NCBI GenBank assembly: GCA_964016885.1
Contig: OZ024742.1
Span: forward strand, 62,310,001 to 62,374,000
Origin: Eledone cirrhosa
Taxonomy: Eukaryota
DNA: 64,000 nucleotides
Reading direction: 5' to 3'
Position 1 is the first letter of the stretch; every line of letters begins with the position of its first letter. Shown one piece after another: positions 55,702-64,000 of this stretch. Below the pieces are notes generated by a model. That model had not been told where the DNA came from. It saw only the letters and a program-made list of their open reading frames with translations, and did not search any database. The translations under genes were made by a program, and so were the position numbers.

Positions 55702-56473
55702 GTGTAATTCCATATGTATACTCTTTGTGCGTGCATGGATGTATACAAGTGTGTCTGTGTGTATGTATATGTTTACATCCATGCTCACACTAGGTTTCCT
55801 CACTTGTGTGTGTACACACACACACATATGTATATCTTATATATATATGTGTGCGTATATATATATATATGAATAATACCATATGTATATGCTTTGTATA
55901 TATATTTTTAATTACTTTTTCCTTTGTGTATATATATATATATATCTTTCATATGCACTATCCCATCACCTCATTAACTCCTTATAGCACAAGCCCTCTT
56001 AACAATCCCTTAGCACATCCAATAGCCTACCTAATAGTAAAACACCGTAATCTTTCATCCCGTAGCATAAAGCAAACCACACACAGAACATCAGCCTCAA
56101 CTTCAACATGTCCGGAGACGGTCAAAACGCCACACCCGACCACCACATCAACCACTGCCCCTCACCACCAATTCATGACTAGATTAACCCCCACCCCCAC
56201 ACACACACCTACACTATAGGCGAAAACATTCCTCGTAATTAATCCACCAATCAAAACAACTTTTACTGTCCAACATATGAACGCTTGACTTTTTACTACG
56301 CCATGTATATTCATTCTGTCATTACTATCACAGAGGTTCGACGAGCCATTGATTACAGAGTCGGGCTAGATCGATACAGATCGAACCTTGAGCTGATCAA
56401 TAGGGAAAAGTGCGTCACCAACAAATAAACGTAATGAAGGAGTAACGATTCGTCCTTATTTTATCATATATAT

Positions 56474-56801
56474 ATAGTTATGTAATAAACAACATAAGGC
56501 AATTATTCCATTTACCAGTGGTTTCTTAAAAGCAAAAAATGTTGCTTTCAATCATCAGAATGAAAAAATCGTGGTCTGTTTATTGAATTTGGATTTTAAA
56601 AACAAAGATTTTTGTTTTTAAAATCAAAATTCAATAAACAGACCAGGATTTTTCATTCTGATGATTGAAAGCAACATTTTTTGCTTTTAAGAAACCACTG
56701 GTAAATGGAATAATTGCCTTCTGTTGTTTATTACATAACTATTAAGCTCTGTTACCTACATAGAGCACTCTTTTTCCTGGACTTTTTCGACGAAATTACT
56801 T

Positions 56802-56803
<2 letters not shown>
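56474..56803 (+). mobile_element. Fold-back mini-element in (TA)n: ~130-bp arms centred ~56608 plus ~60-nt tail
   Basis: 56474-56605 mirrors ~56611-56741, with TA repeats on both sides. Confidence 0.88.
56651..56710 (+). ncRNA. Type I hammerhead motif (H9); mirror at 56506-56565(-)
   Basis: TTTCATT-CTGATGA-TTGAAAGCAA catttt TTGCTTTTAA-GAAA-CC act GG-TA-AATGGAA, triplet GUA, 10-bp stem II. Confidence 0.85.
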
Positions 56804-56835
<32 letters not shown>

Positions 56836-57511
56836 TTCCCTTTTCTATCAACCAATGACCTCTACCCATCCCACTCCCCACCCTCTCCTACCACCTGAAA
56901 AGATATATAAATACCACAACATTTATTTTTGGAAAGCCAGATTCCTGATAATTTCTAAAGAATGAAACAGTTCTAGTCCTGTAGAATCTCATATATATTA
57001 AAACTTTTATACTCTGCTATGTATTGAGTACCTTACTTACTGTGGTTACCTCCGATTCAACCCGGAATAACGTACGTATATATATATATATATATATATA
57101 TATGAACGGAAGACTTGCTGAAGAAGTAAAGCCTATGTTCTGTCGTCAAAAACCATTATATTGCAGCCTCCTGCAATAGGAATTTGTCGATCTTGGATTT
57201 GCAGAACTTAGCGCTGAGGTTGGATGCTGTATGTGATCTGCATTGTTGATATATGATGTAAGTTATATATTTTGCACTCAGCCTCACCGCTATGTCCGGG
57301 TCAGTATAAAATCTTTTCCTGGGTCCTGTATTTTCGTTGCTCTAGTGATGCGGCTGGACTGCCGACCGCTATATCTGATTTGCTAAGCTGTCTGAACGTA
57401 ATGTTATTACTCTGGGGTCTTTCCTCATCTGACTGCTCAAGCTACAGACCGATTATGCATATACGCTAGCTTGGCCGTATTCTAAAGCTTCGTCAATGCT
57501 GTACTAAAATT

Positions 57512-57542
<31 letters not shown>

Positions 57543-58177
57543 ATGTATGTATATGTATATATATATATATTAAATAACAGATTAAAATTTAAATAAAGAA
57601 TCGCTGCTTTCACCCGTAACGAGATCTTATATATATTCCTATATATATATATTCCTTATCGAGCCCTCTTCGGATTTTAGTCTTCACATTTATTATTATT
57701 ACTATTATTATTACGGTGGATTGGCAGTATCGGTAGAGGGTCGGACGCCATGCTTTCCAGCATAGTTACGTCCCTTTACGATCTGAGTTCAAATCCCGCC
57801 GAGGTTGACTTTGCCTTTCATCCTTACGGGGTCGATAAAATAAAGTACCAGTAATGCACTAGGTAATTGCTGGCCTTGTGCCTAAAGTAGAAACAATTAT
57901 TACTATATATATATAGATATATAATAGAAATAGGATTTTGCTTCAGGCATAGCTGTATACAAATATGTATAGAAATTTCGTATTTCTAAAGAAACACGGT
58001 TTTAGGAAGCCGTAACTATGCAAACACCGGGGCTAACGCCCTCCGGTGGTGTCCAGCAGAAGCAAGGGGGACAACCGTCTATGCATTTCAGACATGATTG
58101 GTCTTCCTCAGGACGGTCCCTCCCACTGCTTGCACTATATTTATAGTAATAAATAATATATATATAAATGTAAGTAT

Positions 58178-58234
<57 letters not shown>

Positions 58235-59695
58235 CATGCACACACATGATATAACACATATACATATGGGTTATATCGAACGTTAATAATAACATTCGAT
58301 TCGTTTCTAAACAAACGGCCCGATTTGAAGGTGTGCCTTGTCGGTAACTGATCGTCACCTGTTTGTTCAACACTACTATATATTTTCAACCGTTCAACAG
58401 ACTGGCAGAGTTATACAGTCCTGATGAAGAGTAATGACCCAGAAACATGTTGATTGTTGCTCAAAGTCAGTGTAGAAGAAACAGGTGACGATCGGTCACC
58501 GACACGGCACAGCTTCAAATCGGGCCGTTTTCTTACAAACGAATCGAACATTATTAATATTCGATATAGCTCATAAGGACTAAACATAAGATAGGGAAAG
58601 CCACCTCATGGTACGACAACCAAAGATACCAGAGTATCATGTTCGTGGATGCTACCCCTCGACGGAAATTTGCTAATCAATGTAGAAAGGCCCCAAGAAA
58701 GACCCACTTAAAGATTAAAGTGGTTGAAAAGTCAGGAACTACCATAAAATCCCCGATCAGCAAAACATACCCCTTTAAGAAAACCCACTGTACTAATAAG
58801 AAATGTGTTATATGTAAAGTAAACCCCGCAGATAAACTGCAAAACTAGAAATGTAGTCTATATTATAAGATGTACAGAGGGTACTTGCAGAAATATGAAA
58901 ACGATATACATAGGCGGGACAGCTCGAAGCATAGGAGAAAGAATAGACCAACACTGGGGGGAATTAAAAGGAAAAAATAAAAACGGTTCAGTACTCTACG
59001 AACACGCTAGACAACAACATGACGGTAACATAGACAACATAGAAATTAAAATAATATCTAAATATAGAAATGACCTAACAGGTAGGTAAATTAGAGAAGC
59101 ATGCGAAATAGAGCTTAGAAAGCCAAAGCTAAACAGAAAAATGAATGGAATAACACCAACAATATTACCCAAACAAACAATACTGACTTAAGAGAAATAT
59201 AAGTAAATAAATAAATAAATATATACACAAGCACAATAACAACAAACACATATAAACACACACTAATAAACAAAGGTAGAATACAAAAATCATAACACAC
59301 ACACCCAAACGCGAACACACGCACCAAACACTATACACACACGCAAACGCATGCGCAGAGACGGAGACAAAAATAAATAAATAAATAAATAAAATAAAAA
59401 TGGCGTAGTCATTACAATACAATACAGTAGGGGGAAACATGATAATAGTACCACTGATGATGCTGCAGATGTGCAACGGAAGAACTTTGTTAGACTATAT
59501 ATATATATATATATATATTTATATCTGTATTTTTGACCGTTGTTGAGTCAATGATAAACATTGATAGCCAAATGAATTAACTATAGAGACAAAAAGGATG
59601 CAGAAGCCAAAACCAACAAAACAGTGAGTGTGTTCTGTTATTATTTCTGGCAATAGTATTATAACAATATAACCCACCCCTAGTATAACAATATA

Positions 59696-59775
<80 letters not shown>

Positions 59776-61418
59776 TAACAGATTAAAGTTTAAGCAAAGA
59801 ATCGCTGCTTTCACCCTTAACGGGATCTTCTGAAACTAACAAAGTCAATCTGTAAACGCAGAAGTGGATATTTCAAAAAACGTTGCAACCGGAGGAATAC
59901 AGGAAGACGATACTTTGGTTCGTGGAAACGTTCGCTGGCAAAGAACGGAAAAAAAACGAATATAATTCGTCATTAATAGGAGCGGTGAAAAACAATTACG
60001 CGCAAAGACAGAACGACGTTTATGGTATAAAAGAGGTCGTAGACTAATGTTCGCTTAGGTGGTTCATAGAGACGTTCTCTGGCTATGAACGAAAAAAACG
60101 AAGATAATACGTCATATGTGGAGCGTGGAGAACAATAGCACGCAAAGACAAAACCTCGTAAATGGTATAGCAGAAATCGTAGACTAAAATTCTAACTAGG
60201 AGACCGAATGAATCTCCGCTACAGAGTTAAGAATAAAGTAAATAAATACAATACAGAAGTAATAGAAATAAATAAATACATACACGCAGACAAATACGTA
60301 CATACACAAGCATACGCAAAACACTTACTATAGGTATACAAAACCACGCACATATAAATATGTGTGTGTGTCTATGCGTGTATACAAATAAATAAATAAT
60401 TATATAAACGTATATAAATAAATAAATACGTATATAACAAGCGCACACACATACCTACATGTAAATACACGAATGTTCGGAGACGTAAGTCAACCAAAAC
60501 ATGAAGTACACATATACACACACCTACATACGTACGAACCTGCATACTCACACAGACGCAAAACTCCCGTATACACATAGCCAAACTATATGTACCAGAA
60601 TATATAAAATTATACGCCATAACATAAACAATCAAATATACGTACGAGAAGGTATGCGTACCTTCACAAAACATACGGGTAAAATATACTTACCTATGCA
60701 AATAAGTAATGGTATAAACAAAACATATACTTAGCTCCCACATCAAGACGTAAAATATCCACGTATAAATCGTACTATCCGTTAGGATATAAAGTGCGGC
60801 TGTAATACAGGAAAGTTTTGTGCAATTTATGTTTACAAGCCGAAATTGCCTCAGATTTTTTGTTTAAGATGTGGTCTGTGGCTTTGAGTATTTTTCCAGT
60901 GCCTCGGCGGTGCAGAGGTCACATGGTCTTTTATTTCCGTTATACGATCTAGCCCTAGCTAGGATCTCCCAGTGTAACTTATATTGGGTGTGGTTGTCTT
61001 TTAGACTCCAGATATAAGCTGAAAGTGACGTCATATTCCTTCTTAGAGGGTAACGAAAAGAATGGGTATGCATGTAAAGACGCTGCTTGAATCTATTGGC
61101 GGTTAACCCTATGTAGGCCCTACGGGACGTGGGTGTTACAACCTTACATTTGTAGACAATGTTACTAGAGAGGCATTTCCCGGATAGAGGGCAATCAACC
61201 CGATTCCTACAATTACAGTTAGTACTAACTACATGTGTATACATACATACATACTTAGTGTATACATACATACATACATATACATGCATGTGATTGGTGC
61301 CTGACGGCGAGTAGGCTGATTGCTATAAAGCGCAGCCGAATACTGCCTAAAGTGTTGTTACTCAACCATACGAGAGTATATAAAATATATAGGTTTACCT
61401 ATACATAAACTAGACGGA

Positions 61419-61494
<76 letters not shown>

Positions 61495-62204
61495 CGGTGT
61501 GGCTCAATGATGAATTAATTAATTAAATAATCAACAATCAGAGCAGTATATAAGAAAGTAAGTCCATAGAATCATTTGATAAAATATATTCAGTATTTCT
61601 CCTCCCAATCAGCTTTCTGACTTGACCACTGGCCATGTGACAATTCTTAGCCATTTTGAATTCGTTTCTGGCGGGGATCATTTAAGAAATATCTTTGTCC
61701 AATTGAGTTTGTTTCCTGATGATTTCGAAACTCGTGAATTTATCCATGATCGGATATTTCCAAAAAGCGAATGAAACCTGATGGGGTAGAAACATAATTT
61801 TGGTATGTTTTTGTACATTTTTTCTTCTAACTTTGATTTTGTACCTAATTGTGTATGGTTGGCTATATGTCTAATCAATTTCTACGGGCTATTAGAAATA
61901 CTGGGTACATTTTCTGTGGCTGTTGATCGCGGATAAAATAGCTATCATTTATTTATCTAGTGTTTCTTCATAGGTACATTTTAAACTTATAGCCTCCTTT
62001 AATTGATTTTGTGTGGTTAATTATGCTGATTGGGAGGATAAATACTGTATATATTTGATCAAATAATTCTATTGACTTACTTTCTTATATATCAATATAT
62101 ATATATAGTAATAATAATAAATTTGAAAACTAATAATAAATAATATATTTCAGAAGATCCCGTTAAGGGTGAAAGCGGCGATTCTTTTCTTAAACTTTAA
62201 TCTG

Positions 62205-62235
<31 letters not shown>

Positions 62236-62257
62236 CGTTTGTTCGTGTGTATTTCAG

Positions 62258-62415
62258 GAGTGTAAGATTCCACATTTCACACAAAAGGAACAATTGTAAT
62301 GATTCTATTGGATGGATGATGGTTTATCAAAAGTCTAATCCTTGCTTGAAAGACCCTCTTAAATATCCAGAAATTGTGTATTCAAACAAAATGACAAGAA
62401 CAGATTTGACACACG
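62258..62415 (+). CDS. Coding exon 4, paralog C (exon 5 expected beyond window end)
   Basis: TATTTCAG acceptor whose phase 2 matches exon 3, GTAAGT donor. Encodes SVRFHISHKRNNCNDSIGWMMVYQKSNPCLKDPLKYPEIVYSNKMTRTDLTH. Confidence 0.85.
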
Positions 62416-64000
62416 GTAAGTGTTTATTCCTGTAACTTATTTTAAGCCAGTACAAGACTATACTATACAACATGTCTTTTTCTCACCCAATGGTTGTAAC
62501 TGCTACAAGGATAAAGTAGATGTTCTAATCAGCGGTAACTACATAGGTATCAAGTTGAAGGAATAGCTCATGAAAATTATCAAGAGTTATAGTACAATTA
62601 ATTAGGAACATATTGAAGCTAGATAAAATACAGTTTGGCATTATGCTAGGTAGGGGTAAAATAGATGATATCCGCATATGAACTGCAATGCCTTGACTGT
62701 ACAAGATCTGTGATGGCTGGAAAGAAATGAAGCGAGTATGCTCTGGTTGATGTTCAATGTTAGTGTGCATGAACAATGCAGCATACGTGAACTGTGAGAA
62801 AAACTAGGCATAAGAGGAAACCGATGTAGTGTGAAAGAGAGAAGCCTGCAATGGTATGAGTATGTGATGCATATGGAGGATAGCAACTGTATAAAGAAAT
62901 ACGGAGAAATATCAGTGAATGGGACTCATGCAGGAGGTAGATACTGTAAGAGAAGGAATGAAGAAGTGGAGACTGAACTTAGGAAACTAAATCTCATGAC
63001 AAAGATATTAAAGAACAAGGATTGGCAGCATGCCGTACTGGAGGACACTTGTCTATTAATAGTAGAATGTAAACGTGATCTGGCCTATTCATGCCACACT
63101 ACTCCATTACTCTCTAGTAACTATTCTGACCATCACTGTACTTTATCTGAGATCAGTCCCACCCTCCTCCACTCTCATGTCACCCGGTCAAATGGTAGTG
63201 GTGCTAATAAGTATGTGGTGTTAGTGCTGGTCTGTTGGTGGAGGTAGTGATGTTAATAGGACGTGTGGTGTTTGTGGTTGTGTTGGTCAAATGGTAGTGA
63301 TGCTAACAAGGGTGAGGTGTTAGTGATGATATTGGTGGTGGTAGTGGTACGAATATGTGTGGTTTTAGTTGTGGTTTTGGTGATGGTATTGGTAGTGGTG
63401 CTAGAGGTGATGTGTTGCTGGAAGCGGTGTAACGTGGCATTAGTGATGGTGCTGATGTTGGTAGTAGTGTGGTTTTAGTGGCAGTGTTTGTAGTAGTACT
63501 AATAGGAATGTGGTGTTAGTGGGGATGTTGGTGGTGGAAATGTTGTAGTTTGGTTTCAGTATTGATTGTTGTCTGGGTTTCGTGGTGGTGTTGATAGTGG
63601 TATGGTTTATAGCATAGATGGTGGTATTAATAGTGTTAGTTGTTGTTGTTTATTATCATGAGACATATATTCCAAGATATCAAGCAGCAAATTGGCAAAG
63701 TCATTATATTATTGGATAGAATTATGTGTGCTATTATTTCTGGTTTTCTGTATTCAGGGTACAAACCCTGCCAAGGAATATTTCGTCTTTCATGCTTCCA
63801 AGTCAACAAAAAAGTACCAATTTCGTACTGGTATCGATTTTTTTCTCCATATATCCTTTTACTTCCAATCTATCATTTTCTCTCATTCTCTGGAAGAAAT
63901 CGTCTTTGTTCAGACCTGGCAAAGATGAGGCTTTGCCAGTTTGACATGCCCGAGACATATTGTGACTTTAAAAATTACACCAAAATTACACATTTAGAGA

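Overview
AT-rich, microsatellite-dense eukaryotic DNA, most likely octopus. That assignment rests on recognising a tRNA-derived SINE family and is not database-checked. Most ORFs in the supplied track are microsatellite artefacts. Four things are supported. (1) A spliced gene for a ~283-aa secreted protein with a signal peptide, a PAN/apple-like Cys module and an unnamed ~170-aa Trp/Cys domain. One paralog has coding exons 1-4 at 47376-62415, a second has exons 4-5 at 9042-12452, and an orphan inverted exon 4 lies at 42783-42940. (2) Recent segmental, tandem and inverted duplications of the intron-3/exon-4 block. (3) Retroelement and transposon remains: a young 5'-truncated R4/Dong LINE with an intact ORF in (TAA)n, RTE, CRE and Tigger fragments, SINEs, and many Penelope-like (GIY-YIG, including Naiad-type) pieces. 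(4) The most striking signal: about nine sequence-distinct families of type I hammerhead ribozyme motifs. Several sit in ORF-less fold-back cassettes of the form (TA)n-[inverted arm][ribozyme arm][short tail]-(TA)n, and four to five lie on the sense strand inside one intron of the secreted-protein gene. Ribozyme folds were read by eye and activity is untested. Repeat boundaries are approximate.
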